Assembly: GCA_035458985.1 (NCBI GenBank)
Contig: DATHYR010000288.1
Span: forward strand, 8,832 to 72,831
DNA from: Pseudomonadales bacterium
GTDB lineage: Bacteria; Pseudomonadota; Gammaproteobacteria; Pseudomonadales; JAHEIH01
Reading direction: 5' to 3'
Length of the DNA: 64,000 nt
The notes beneath the pieces are model-generated. The model worked only from the letters and a program-made list of their open reading frames with translations, ran no database searches and was not told the DNA's origin. The translations under genes and the position numbers were made by a program. This document shows positions 29,381-38,927 of the stretch, piece after piece; the stretch's first letter is position 1, and every line of letters starts with the position of its first letter.

Positions 29381-30574
29381 ATGTCGATAGTTATTTACTC
29401 CACGATGCTTGGTTTAAGTGCAGGATACGCCGCCTATGGCTACTGGCATATGCAGCAGGTCAAGGACGAATACACGCGAGTAAAACGGCACATTTTTCCG
29501 GTGCAAAGGGAGCGTAATCTGATAGCCAAGCGCCTTGCTAGCTATCAAGAACTGCAGCAACGCTACCGTGAAGAACGCCAACAGCTCAAACAGTGCGAAG
29601 AGATTATACAAACACATCACATTGGGGTGGGTACCTTTGACCCAGTATTATACAAACGCAGCAAGGACATCGCCGATCTCGAGGTATTAGACACAGAATT
29701 GCAACACGTCAGCCGACAAATCGCCACCATGGCAGCCGAGCATATGGCGGTTGATTACCCAGCAGAAATGGCCGATGAATACCATCAAAACCATGCCGCA
29801 CTGCGACTACGTTGTTTCGACGCCGAAGCCGATGCCGCTATTGCTCAAGTCACCTGGTACAACGTGCACCGCCTCAGTCAACGTCTGCGTCATTGCTGCA
29901 AAGATATCGGCACCGATAACGACTGCATGGGGGTTACCATCAACCCCGATTACCGCGATCTTCGCCTCCATCAACTTCGCTTGGTCTATGAAATTAAACA
30001 ATTGCACGAAGACCAAGACGCCCTCAAAAATGCCCAAAACAGCACGCAGCAACATCAAGAATTGGCACTCGAGAAGGCCTTACAACAAGCCATGCAAGAA
30101 ACCACCGAACGCCAAGCCTCCTTGGAAGAAGCGCTATTTTTACTTGATAGAAAAGCCCCCGACTACCGACAGCGGCGAGATGATCTGCTGCAGCTATTAG
30201 CCTTGATCAAGTCACGCATGCATTACGTGCAAGACATTCAACAAAATCCCCAGGCTGGCTTCGTGTATGTCGCGTCGAACGAAGGCGTATTTTCTAACCG
30301 CATGGTTAAAATCGGTGCCTGTCGTCACCCCGACCCAGAACGTCATATTAAAGATATCAGCCAAGTCTTACCCACTAGCATGGATATACATGGCGTGTTT
30401 TTTAGTACGCATACCGAGCGGCTACTCGACCAACTTCACCAAACATTAGCCGACCATCAAGTGAACCTTACCGACAGCCATAAAGGGTTTTATTTCGTCA
30501 AACCTGAGGTGGCCCTGCACCACATTGAGAACATACAACGCAGCAACGACAACATAAACATCAAGGCGGTGTAG
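29381..30574 (+). CDS. Membrane-anchored DUF4041/T5orf172(GIY-YIG-like)-domain protein, paralogue 2
   Basis: AGGAG RBS and a 9-nt gap from paralogue 1. TM helix and coiled coil are present. The DUF4041-like block is LRLRCFDAEADAAIAQVTWYNVHRL, and the C-terminal domain reads GFVYVASNEGVFSNRMVKIGAC...IHGVFFS...LHQTL. Confidence 0.8.
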   Translation: MSIVIYSTMLGLSAGYAAYGYWHMQQVKDEYTRVKRHIFPVQRERNLIAKRLASYQELQQRYREERQQLKQCEEIIQTHHIGVGTFDPVLYKRSKDIADLEVLDTELQHVSRQIATMAAEHMAVDYPAEMADEYHQNHAALRLRCFDAEADAAIAQVTWYNVHRLSQRLRHCCKDIGTDNDCMGVTINPDYRDLRLHQLRLVYEIKQLHEDQDALKNAQNSTQQHQELALEKALQQAMQETTERQASLEEALFLLDRKAPDYRQRRDDLLQLLALIKSRMHYVQDIQQNPQAGFVYVASNEGVFSNRMVKIGACRHPDPERHIKDISQVLPTSMDIHGVFFSTHTERLLDQLHQTLADHQVNLTDSHKGFYFVKPEVALHHIENIQRSNDNINIKAV

Positions 30575-30663
30575 CAAACTAACGTTTGCCGCCGTCTCTA
30601 CCGACAGCCCACCCCCTTTGTCATATAATGCAGGGCAAGCCAATAAACAAAACGTGGGCACCC

Positions 30664-31707
30664 ATGAAAGCCGTAGTATTTGAACAGTTTGCACAGTTAC
30701 CCAAGATCATGCGGGTGGACGACCCCACCCCCAGCCCAGCAGGTGTGGTCATTAAAGTAGCAGCCACCGGGGTATGTCGCAGTGACTGGCACGGATGGAT
30801 GGGCCACGACCCAGATATTACGCTACCGCATGTGCCTGGCCACGAATTCGCCGGCACCATTGAAGCGGTTGGCCACCAAGTTCGAGGCTTTAAAATTGGC
30901 GACCGCGTCACCTCGCCTTTCATTAGCGCCTGTGGCCATTGCCGCGACTGCGCCTCGGGCAACCACCAAGTGTGTGCCACCCAAACCCAACCTGGCTTTA
31001 CCCACTGGGGCTCATTTGCAGAATACGTGCGCATAGACCACGCCGATGTGAACCTGATCACCCTCCCCGACAGCATGAGTTTCACCACCGCTGCCAGCCT
31101 AGGCTGTCGCTTTGCCACCGCCTTTCGCGCCGTGGTTGATCAAGGGGCCGTGCGCGCTGGGCAATGGGTCGCGGTGCATGGCTGCGGCGGGGTGGGTCTT
31201 TCTGCCGTGATGATCGCCATCGCCTTGGGCGCCAATGTGATTGCCGTGGATGTTTCACCAGACGCTCTCGCACTCGCACACCGCTTAGGTGCGGCGGCTA
31301 CTCTTAATGCCAACGAGGTGGACGACGTGCCAGGGGCGATACAAGCCTTGACCCAAGGCGGTGCACACGTCTCTCTCGACGCACTCGGCCATCCGACCAC
31401 TGCCGTCAATTCGGTGGCATGCTTACGCCGCCTAGGGCGGCATATTCAAGTGGGATTATTGCTGGCAGATCAAGCTACGCCTCCGCTACCCATGGACAGA
31501 GTGGTCGCTTACGAGTTAATGATTCTCGGCAGCCACGGCATGCAAGCACACCGCTACGACGCCATGCTGGCGATGATTCTTAACGGCAAATTGCACCCAG
31601 AAAAGTTGCTTCACCGCACCATTAGCCTAGAAGCATCCATTGAGGCGCTCACCGCCATGGACAGCTTCAAGCACCCGGGAGTGACGGTGGTCACGCAGTT
31701 TCGATAG
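30664..31707 (+). CDS. Zinc-dependent alcohol dehydrogenase family oxidoreductase
   Basis: Starts MKAVVFEQF, with [20 protein letters not shown] and CGHCRDC structural-zinc motifs. The upstream 26 codons are rejected. Confidence 0.9.
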   Translation: MKAVVFEQFAQLPKIMRVDDPTPSPAGVVIKVAATGVCRSDWHGWMGHDPDITLPHVPGHEFAGTIEAVGHQVRGFKIGDRVTSPFISACGHCRDCASGNHQVCATQTQPGFTHWGSFAEYVRIDHADVNLITLPDSMSFTTAASLGCRFATAFRAVVDQGAVRAGQWVAVHGCGGVGLSAVMIAIALGANVIAVDVSPDALALAHRLGAAATLNANEVDDVPGAIQALTQGGAHVSLDALGHPTTAVNSVACLRRLGRHIQVGLLLADQATPPLPMDRVVAYELMILGSHGMQAHRYDAMLAMILNGKLHPEKLLHRTISLEASIEALTAMDSFKHPGVTVVTQFR

Positions 31708-31787
31708 GCGCTGACAGGAACAACTCGCGAAGATGTTTGCGCGCGCAGCAAACGTGCTTCTCCGGGGGTATAGCGTCATTTCTGAAA

Positions 31788-31820
31788 ACAAAAAAGGAGC
31801 CCCGAAGGGCTCCCAAAAAT
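31788..31820. terminator. Bidirectional Rho-independent terminator between adh and ahpF
   Basis: AAAAAA-GGAGCCC-cgaa-GGGCTCC-CAAAAAT. Confidence 0.8.
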
Positions 31821-31849
31821 AAGACACTGGGTAAATGTCTAGGAGAAAA

Positions 31850-33439
31850 CTACGCTGCCTTAGCCGCTGAGTCGCTGTGACTCTCGGGCACCGGTGTTTT
31901 CAGCAGGTACTCGAAAGCGGATAGAGAGGCTTTGGCGCCTTCGCCCATGGCGATGACGATTTGTTTGAAGGGCACAGTGGTCACATCACCACAGGCGTAA
32001 ATACCTTCAACTGACGTGTGGCACTTCTCATCAATAATGATTTCGCCGTGCTTGGTGGTATCGACCACGTCCTTCACGAATTGGCTGTTGGGCACCAAAC
32101 CAATTTGTACAAACACCCCTGCCAACGCCACTTGATGAGCTTCACCGGTGGCGCGATCGGTATAGTTCAAACCGTTCACTTTGCCATGCTCTGCTGTCAC
32201 TTCGGTGGTTTGCGCATTAGTAATAATGCGGATGTTGTCACGTTTCTTGGCCTGATCTACCAGTACCTTATCGGCACGCAGCGTGTCGGCAAACTCCAGC
32301 ACCGTGACTGACTTGACGATACCCGCCAAATCCAACGCGGCTTCAATACCTGAGTTACCACCGCCGATCACTGCCACGTCTTTGCCCTTGAAGAAGGGGC
32401 CATCACAGTGGGGGCAATACGCCACACCATTACCGATATTTTCTTTCTCACCAGGTACGCCCAACTCTCTCCAACGGGCACCGGTGGCTAGGATAACGCT
32501 GCGGCTTTCAATCACTTCGCCAGAGCTGAGAGTAATACGTTTAATTTCGCCTTTTTCAAGGCTGTCTACCTTCAGGTGTTCACGCAGCGTGATGTCGTAC
32601 GCTTCCATGTGCTCGCGCAAATTGCCCGACAGTTTAGGACCCGTGGTCTCTTTTACCGAGATCAAGTTTTCAATTCCCATGGTGTCTTTGACTTGTCCAC
32701 CGAAGCGGTCAGCCACAATTGTCACCTTGAGTCCTTTACGAGCACTGTAAATCGCCGCGGCCACCCCGGCAGGACCACCACCAATGACAGTTACATCTTG
32801 CATTGGCAAGCGGCCTTGCACGGGGGCGTTAACCGGTGCAACGGCCATCAATTTTTCAACTAATAACGCGGTGTCTACTTTACCGTTGGCAAATAATTCA
32901 CCATTGAGATACACCGCGGGCACGCCTTGCAGGTCGCGTTTTTGAACGTCGTCCTGGAACAAGCCACCATCGATCATTTCTGAGGAAATGTGGGGGTTCA
33001 ACAGGGCGAATTGGTTGAGCGCCTGTACAACATCGGGGCAGTTGTGGCAGCTAAGGCTAACAAACACTTCAAAGTGCATGTCTTGCTCCATGCCTTTGAC
33101 CAAGTCAGCCACGCTCTGATCAATTTTCATGTCTCGACCACCGGCGTGTAGCATGGCTAACACCAGTGAATTGAATTCGTGACCGCCAGGAATACCCGAA
33201 AAGATCACACCGGTTGGCGCATTATCGCTCAACAGGGTGAAACTAATAGGGCTGCGCAATGTATCGGCCATATCGCGCTCTTCGAATGTCAGTTTGTCTG
33301 ACACGCTACAAATTTTTTCGAGAAAATCGACCAACTCTGCGCGCTTGCTGTGACTGCCTGTTTGCAGCACAAAGCTGACAGATTTAGTCATGCTCTCAGC
33401 ATAACCCGTTAAGGCTTGTAAAATATCGTTGTTCAACAT
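31850..33439 (-). CDS. ahpF: Alkyl hydroperoxide reductase subunit F
   Basis: CHNCPD and CPHCDG redox motifs, FAD/NAD Rossmann motifs, and location downstream of ahpC. Confidence 0.95.
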   Translation of the reverse strand: MLNNDILQALTGYAESMTKSVSFVLQTGSHSKRAELVDFLEKICSVSDKLTFEERDMADTLRSPISFTLLSDNAPTGVIFSGIPGGHEFNSLVLAMLHAGGRDMKIDQSVADLVKGMEQDMHFEVFVSLSCHNCPDVVQALNQFALLNPHISSEMIDGGLFQDDVQKRDLQGVPAVYLNGELFANGKVDTALLVEKLMAVAPVNAPVQGRLPMQDVTVIGGGPAGVAAAIYSARKGLKVTIVADRFGGQVKDTMGIENLISVKETTGPKLSGNLREHMEAYDITLREHLKVDSLEKGEIKRITLSSGEVIESRSVILATGARWRELGVPGEKENIGNGVAYCPHCDGPFFKGKDVAVIGGGNSGIEAALDLAGIVKSVTVLEFADTLRADKVLVDQAKKRDNIRIITNAQTTEVTAEHGKVNGLNYTDRATGEAHQVALAGVFVQIGLVPNSQFVKDVVDTTKHGEIIIDEKCHTSVEGIYACGDVTTVPFKQIVIAMGEGAKASLSAFEYLLKTPVPESHSDSAAKAA

Positions 33440-33470
33440 GCTAACGCTCCTTTCGTTGTGTCGATATGTT

Positions 33471-33488
33471 GGGGTGCCGAAGCACCCC
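33471..33488 (-). terminator. Intercistronic hairpin (attenuator-type) between ahpC and ahpF
   Basis: GGGGTGC-cgaa-GCACCCC in the 66-nt ahpC-ahpF spacer, with no clear U run. Confidence 0.45.
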
Positions 33489-33505
33489 GAGGGAAACGGC
33501 GTGGC

Positions 33506-34069
33506 TTAGATCTTGCCAACCAAATCCAATGAAGGTGCTAAGGTTGCTTCACCTTCTTTCCATTTTGCAGGGCATACTTGACCGGGGTTAGCGGCTACGT
33601 ATTGCGCAGCTTTTACTTTGCGAACCAATTCGCCTGCGTCACGGCCGATACCTTCAGCAGTGATTTCCATCGCCTGGATGATGCCTTCTGGGTCAACCAA
33701 GAACGTACCGCGGTCAGCCAGACCTTGATCTTCACGCATCACTTCGAAGTTGCGAGTGATTGCACCTGTTGGGTCGCCGATCATGGTGTACTTGATCTTG
33801 CCAATGGTTTCAGACGTTTCGTGCCACGCTTTGTGCGTGAAGTGAGTATCAGTAGATACTGAGTACACTTCTACGCCACGGCTTTGCAGTTCTTCGTAGT
33901 AGTCCGCCAGGTCACCCAGTTCAGTGGGGCACACAAAGGTGAAGTCAGCGGGGTAGAAGAAGAAGATCGCCCACTTACCTTTAACATCGGCTTCAGTCAC
34001 TTCAACGAATTTGCCATCGCGAAATGCTTGTGCTTTAAAGGGTTTGATTGCGGTGTTAATAAGTGCCAT
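33506..34069 (-). CDS. ahpC: Alkyl hydroperoxide reductase subunit C (2-Cys peroxiredoxin)
   Basis: FTFVCPTEL peroxidatic Cys motif and C-terminal resolving Cys (QVCPAKW). Confidence 0.95.
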   Translation of the reverse strand: MALINTAIKPFKAQAFRDGKFVEVTEADVKGKWAIFFFYPADFTFVCPTELGDLADYYEELQSRGVEVYSVSTDTHFTHKAWHETSETIGKIKYTMIGDPTGAITRNFEVMREDQGLADRGTFLVDPEGIIQAMEITAEGIGRDAGELVRKVKAAQYVAANPGQVCPAKWKEGEATLAPSLDLVGKI

Positions 34070-34145
34070 TTGAATAGTCTCCTATTGGGTTAGTAAAAAG
34101 TCGTTTCAATGAATGACTTGATGAGGCGTATAGTAAAAGGCTTGC

Positions 34146-34197
34146 ATCGATTGATAAATTTTGTAATATCTATTTTTAAATTCGATAAAATCTATCA
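34146..34197. promoter_or_regulatory. Putative OxyR operator in the ahpC-oxyR divergent region
   Basis: AT-rich tract ATCGATTGATAAATTTTGTAATATCTATTTTTAAATTCGATAAAATCTATC. CTAT elements recur at a 22-bp period, resembling ATAG-N7-CTAT arrays. Confidence 0.4.
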
Positions 34198-34209
34198 AAA
34201 AGGACTTGC

Positions 34210-35112
34210 ATGATTTCTTTAAAGCAGATCAAGTATGCATTGGCAGTTGGCCGCACGCTGCATTTCCGGCGCGCCGCCGAGGAATGCAACATCTCGCAAT
34301 CAGCGTTAAGTACCGCGTTGCAAGACATGGAGCAGCAACTTGGTTTTGCGGTGTTTGAACGCGACAACAAAAAAGTGCTGGTGACCCCCCTGGGGCAGGA
34401 GGTGTTAGACAAAGCCAGTAATATTCAAGTGCAAGTGGAAGACATCATGCGCTTGGGCCAAACTCACGGCAAGGTACTGAGTGGTCCTTTAAGCATGGGG
34501 ATGATTCCCACCATTGCCCCTTATTTATTACCGCGCTTGTTACCTGGGCTTAGTCGTGAATACCCTGACTTACAATTGAGCGTGGCCGAACAGCAATCGC
34601 ATGTTTTAGTCGATCAGGTGCGACGTGGTGAGTTGGACTGCGCTGTACTCGCCCTGCCCTATGATTGCGAAGGCTTGTTAACGTTCAGCTTTTGGAAAGA
34701 AAACTTCTTTTGGGTAAGCCATAGCGATCTTGCGCCTACCAGTCCGGTGATGCATGCGGACGAACTCGTTGACCACCAACTGATGCTGCTCAGCGAAGGC
34801 CACTGCCTTAAAGACCACGCCCTCGCCGCCTGCAAATTGGATAGCCATGCGACTCACTCCTTGAGCGCCACGAGCCTCACTACCCTGATTCAATTGGTGG
34901 TAGGTAAAATGGGCAGCACCTTAGTGCCTGATATCGCCGTTGACCAATTGGTAGATATTCACCCCGAACTGGTCAAACTCCCCTTGGATGAGCCAGGACC
35001 ACACCGTGAACTAGCATTTGTGATTCGCCCCAACTACCCCAATATTAAAAATATTGAAGCCCTCATGACGCTCGCGGCACGCGAATTACGTGCTCAACTT
35101 AAAGGCCATTAG
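34210..35112 (+). CDS. oxyR: LysR-family hydrogen-peroxide sensor OxyR
   Basis: LysR helix-turn-helix and an EGHCLKDHALAAC region equivalent to the OxyR redox Cys pair. It is divergent from ahpCF. Confidence 0.9.
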   Translation: MISLKQIKYALAVGRTLHFRRAAEECNISQSALSTALQDMEQQLGFAVFERDNKKVLVTPLGQEVLDKASNIQVQVEDIMRLGQTHGKVLSGPLSMGMIPTIAPYLLPRLLPGLSREYPDLQLSVAEQQSHVLVDQVRRGELDCAVLALPYDCEGLLTFSFWKENFFWVSHSDLAPTSPVMHADELVDHQLMLLSEGHCLKDHALAACKLDSHATHSLSATSLTTLIQLVVGKMGSTLVPDIAVDQLVDIHPELVKLPLDEPGPHRELAFVIRPNYPNIKNIEALMTLAARELRAQLKGH

Positions 35113-35310
35113 ATCACTATTATTGAATATGAAAATTATGTTTTAGCTCAATTGACACGGTGCAATTTTAATCCATAATTTGTACATTGAAGCGGCGCCG
35201 TGCGGTAAAGCGCCCATGATTCAACACCAAGTTCCCTCCCCGGCATCTCCGCCGACTTGAATGCTAACGTTTGATGGGAAAACGCAGCCAATACCGCGAA
35301 AGGACACCCC

Positions 35311-36759
35311 GTGAGTAAGACATTAATTGTTGTTGATAACGACGATATCGCCTATGGCCAACCCCAGGCCACCATCAGCTTTGAACAGTATCTGCGTGAC
35401 TACCCAAAACTCAATGAAGGCCATAACCGCATCATTAACTTGTGCGACACCGAACACTATTTGAGCCGTGGCTACTATTGTTCATTACTGGCGGAAGCCA
35501 GGGAACACCGAGTATTACCGAGCGTGCGTACCATCAATGCCCTGAGAGGAAGCGATGGTGACGTTGAATTTCGCTTATCGCGCGTTGAAGCGACCCTACC
35601 GGCAAACGTCGACGTGCCCGACGGCGAATACCCAGTCTACTTCGGCGCGTGTGCCGAAGAATCCCTGCAGAAATTAGCTAAACGGATGTTTCAGCAGTAC
35701 CCCAGCCCGGCACTTATGATGGTGATTAAAAAGCACAGCGGCAAGTTCCATATCCGTTTGCGCGCACAATCACCGGCGGAGCTTAGTGGCCAGCAAAAAA
35801 CGTTATTTGACGCAGCCCTGGAAAACTTTACCCGCGTAGTATGGAAAACCAGTAGCACCAAAAAAGCGCGTTGGAATATGGCCATCTTGGTGAATCCTGA
35901 AGAAAGCTTACCGCCCTCAGACAAAGAAGCCATTAGCCGATTTGTGCGAGCAGCGCGAAAACTCGGCATAGCGGCGGAAACGATAACCGCTGACGATCTA
36001 CAGAGCATCGCCAACTACGATGCCTTATTTATTCGAGAAACGACAGCGATTGACCATCACACTTATCGCTTAGCCGCCAAAGCTGAACGCGAAGGTTTGG
36101 TGGTGATGGACGATGCATCATCGATTCTGCGCTGCTGTAACAAAGTGTACCTACAGGACGCGTTCAGTTATCACAAAGTACCATGCCTAAAAACCGAGGT
36201 GATCAGTGACGACAGTGACGCTACCTTGGATCAACTGGAAGCCATCTTTGGCTATCCCTTAGTATTGAAAATGCCCGAGGGGTCTTTCTCGCGTGGCGTG
36301 TACAAAGTTAAAACACGCGATGAACTGCGCGAACACTTGGCTCAGTTGTTTACCGAGACGGCCTTGGTATTAGCGCAAGAGTTTATGTACACCGACCACG
36401 ACTGGCGCGTGGGCGTGTTAAATGGCCGCGCCTTGTACGCGTGTAAATACTTCATGGTGCGCAATCACTGGCAGATCTACAACCACGGTAAAAAACGCAG
36501 TCAGTCGGGCGGCTTTGAAACGCTACCGACGTTTGAGGTCCCTAAAGCCGTGTTAAATGCCGCACTTAAAGCCGCCAAAGTCGCGGGCAACGGCTTGTAT
36601 GGTGTCGATATCAAGTATCGCGATGGAAATGCCTACGTACTTGAGGTCAACGATAACCCTAGCCTTGACCATGACGTAGAAGATCTGTTCCTTGGTGATG
36701 AGCTCTACATGCAAATTATGTCCGAGTTTTTACGTCGCTTAGAACTGCGCGGTAAATAA
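35311..36759 (+). CDS. RimK-family ATP-grasp protein with ~190-aa N-terminal extension
   Basis: C-terminal ATP-grasp region (YPLVLKMPEGSFSRGV...VLEVNDNPS). GTG start. Confidence 0.75.
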   Translation: MSKTLIVVDNDDIAYGQPQATISFEQYLRDYPKLNEGHNRIINLCDTEHYLSRGYYCSLLAEAREHRVLPSVRTINALRGSDGDVEFRLSRVEATLPANVDVPDGEYPVYFGACAEESLQKLAKRMFQQYPSPALMMVIKKHSGKFHIRLRAQSPAELSGQQKTLFDAALENFTRVVWKTSSTKKARWNMAILVNPEESLPPSDKEAISRFVRAARKLGIAAETITADDLQSIANYDALFIRETTAIDHHTYRLAAKAEREGLVVMDDASSILRCCNKVYLQDAFSYHKVPCLKTEVISDDSDATLDQLEAIFGYPLVLKMPEGSFSRGVYKVKTRDELREHLAQLFTETALVLAQEFMYTDHDWRVGVLNGRALYACKYFMVRNHWQIYNHGKKRSQSGGFETLPTFEVPKAVLNAALKAAKVAGNGLYGVDIKYRDGNAYVLEVNDNPSLDHDVEDLFLGDELYMQIMSEFLRRLELRGK

Positions 36760-36835
36760 CCAAAAAAGACACATGTCAAGACTGTACAACACAGCGCGCA
36801 CTGTTATCATGCGCGCTGTGTATAACGATTAGGTA

Positions 36836-37519
36836 GTGTCTATCATGAGAAGTACCGTCTCCGATTTGTTTGGCAAATCGCCGATCAAACCCCTACAACA
36901 ACACATGACCGCCGTCATTGAATGCAGCAATGAGCTGACTAATTTCGTCGACGCCGCCATTCATGATGATTGGGAAAAGGCCGAAGCGTCTTACAACACC
37001 ATTCGAGATCTAGAACACCGCGCCGATGACATGAAACGCCAGTTCCGTCTCGATCTTCCCTCTAGCTTATTTCTCCCTGTACCCCGCACTGACCTGCTTG
37101 AAATGGTGACCTTGCAAGACAAAATTGCCAACGGTGCGCGTGACATCGCCGGCACTATGTTGGGACGTCAAATGCAGGTACCTGAAGCTATTCGCGAAGA
37201 CTTTGTCAATTTCGTCGCCAGCTCGCTGCATGTGGCCCACCAAGCCCACACGGCTATCAACGAGTTGGATGAGTTGTTAGAAAGTGGATTTAAAGGTAAG
37301 GAAATCACCATCATCACGGAAATTTTGGACCAGCTTGATTCGAAAGAGGGCTTAGCCGATGACGCCGAGCGCGCTATTCGTCGCAAGCTGCTGGCCATTG
37401 AGGAAGAGATTCCCGCGATTAAAGCGATGTTCTTGTACAAGATCATCGACAAAATTGGTGACTTGTCCAACCGTGCTCAGCGCGTTGGTAGTCGCATGCA
37501 ATTGTTCATGGCTCGATAA
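36836..37519 (+). CDS. DUF47/TIGR00153 PhoU-like phosphate-transport regulator
   Basis: LFGKSPIKPLQQH N-terminus and helical repeats, immediately upstream of the Pit gene. The ATG at 36845 may be the true start. Confidence 0.85.
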   Translation: MSIMRSTVSDLFGKSPIKPLQQHMTAVIECSNELTNFVDAAIHDDWEKAEASYNTIRDLEHRADDMKRQFRLDLPSSLFLPVPRTDLLEMVTLQDKIANGARDIAGTMLGRQMQVPEAIREDFVNFVASSLHVAHQAHTAINELDELLESGFKGKEITIITEILDQLDSKEGLADDAERAIRRKLLAIEEEIPAIKAMFLYKIIDKIGDLSNRAQRVGSRMQLFMAR

Positions 37520-37562
37520 GCCTTTGCTTATCTTGTTCAACACGCATTAAGAGTACGAAATT

Positions 37563-38840
37563 ATGGATATCTTAAGTCAGTACAGCATGATTTTGCTGGT
37601 ATTAGCATGCGTCTTCGGCTTTTTTATGGCTTGGGGCGTGGGTGCCAACGATGTCGCTAACGCCATGGGTACCTCGGTAGGCTCGAAAGCCATTACCGTT
37701 AAACAGGCGATTTTGATTGCCATGGTATTTGAGTTTTTAGGTGCCTACTTGGCCGGTGGCGAAGTCACCTCTACCATACGCAAAGGCATTATTGACCCAA
37801 TGATAATGGCCGATACCCCGCATTACTTAGTGTATGGTATGTTGGCGGCCCTGTTATCGGCGGGCACGTGGTTGGCCATTGCCTCCGCCCGCGGATGGCC
37901 AGTATCTACCACCCACTCAATCGTTGGTGCCATCGTAGGTTTTGCCGCGTTTGGCATAGGATTTGATACCGTCAGTTGGGGCAAGGTGGGTAACATCGTC
38001 ATGAGTTGGGTGGTGTCACCCCTACTCGCTGGCACCATTTCTTACATGCTTTTCGTCAGTGTGCAGAAGTTGATTTTGCAACAAGACAACCCCTACGAGC
38101 GCGCCAAAAAATACATCCCTTTCTATATGTTTGCCGTCGGATTTTTGATCTCGATGGTAACCTTCTTGAAGGGCTTAAAACACGTTTTCAAAGATATCGG
38201 CATGAGTCTCAGTATGGGCGAGTCGATGTTTTATTCGGCCATTGTGGGTGGCATCGTCGCTGTTTTTGGGGCTTACCTTCTCAGCCGAATCAAGCGGGAT
38301 GAAACCAGAGAGAAAAACGACCGGTTCTACAATGTAGAGCGCGTGTTTGCGATTCTGATGGTATTTACTGCCTGTGCCATGGCCTTTGCACACGGATCCA
38401 ACGATGTGGCTAATGCGGTGGGACCCTTAGCCGCCATCGTCAACGTTATTTCCACGGGCGTGGTCGGCGCTAAATCTGCCATGCCATCTTGGATTCTGTT
38501 ACTTGGTGGCTTGGGTATCGTGGCAGGCCTGGCTACCTTTGGCTTCAAAGTGATGGCGACCATTGGTAAAAAGATTACCGAACTGACACCTAGTCGTGGT
38601 TTTGCGGCTGAATTAGGCGCGGCATCCACGGTGGTAGTCGCCTCTTATTTTGGTCTGCCCATCTCTACTACACATACCTTGGTGGGTGCGGTGTTGGGTG
38701 TTGGTTTAGCACGCGGTATTGGCGCATTAAACCTTAATGTGATTGGCGGCATCTTCCTGTCTTGGTTAGTGACGCTGCCCGCCGGCGCGATTATGGCCAT
38801 CGCCTTCTTTAGCCTATTTAAGGTTATCTTTGGCGCTTAG
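37563..38840 (+). CDS. Inorganic phosphate transporter (PiT family)
   Basis: Duplicated GANDVANA / GSNDVANA signatures in a polytopic protein. Confidence 0.95.
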   Translation: MDILSQYSMILLVLACVFGFFMAWGVGANDVANAMGTSVGSKAITVKQAILIAMVFEFLGAYLAGGEVTSTIRKGIIDPMIMADTPHYLVYGMLAALLSAGTWLAIASARGWPVSTTHSIVGAIVGFAAFGIGFDTVSWGKVGNIVMSWVVSPLLAGTISYMLFVSVQKLILQQDNPYERAKKYIPFYMFAVGFLISMVTFLKGLKHVFKDIGMSLSMGESMFYSAIVGGIVAVFGAYLLSRIKRDETREKNDRFYNVERVFAILMVFTACAMAFAHGSNDVANAVGPLAAIVNVISTGVVGAKSAMPSWILLLGGLGIVAGLATFGFKVMATIGKKITELTPSRGFAAELGAASTVVVASYFGLPISTTHTLVGAVLGVGLARGIGALNLNVIGGIFLSWLVTLPAGAIMAIAFFSLFKVIFGA

Positions 38841-38927
38841 GATCCCCTAAGTCGCCATCTCTTCGAGATGCCTCCTACAAGATAAACCGTGGGAGGCACA
38901 AGCTTAACTACGGCGACAGTCGTTTCA

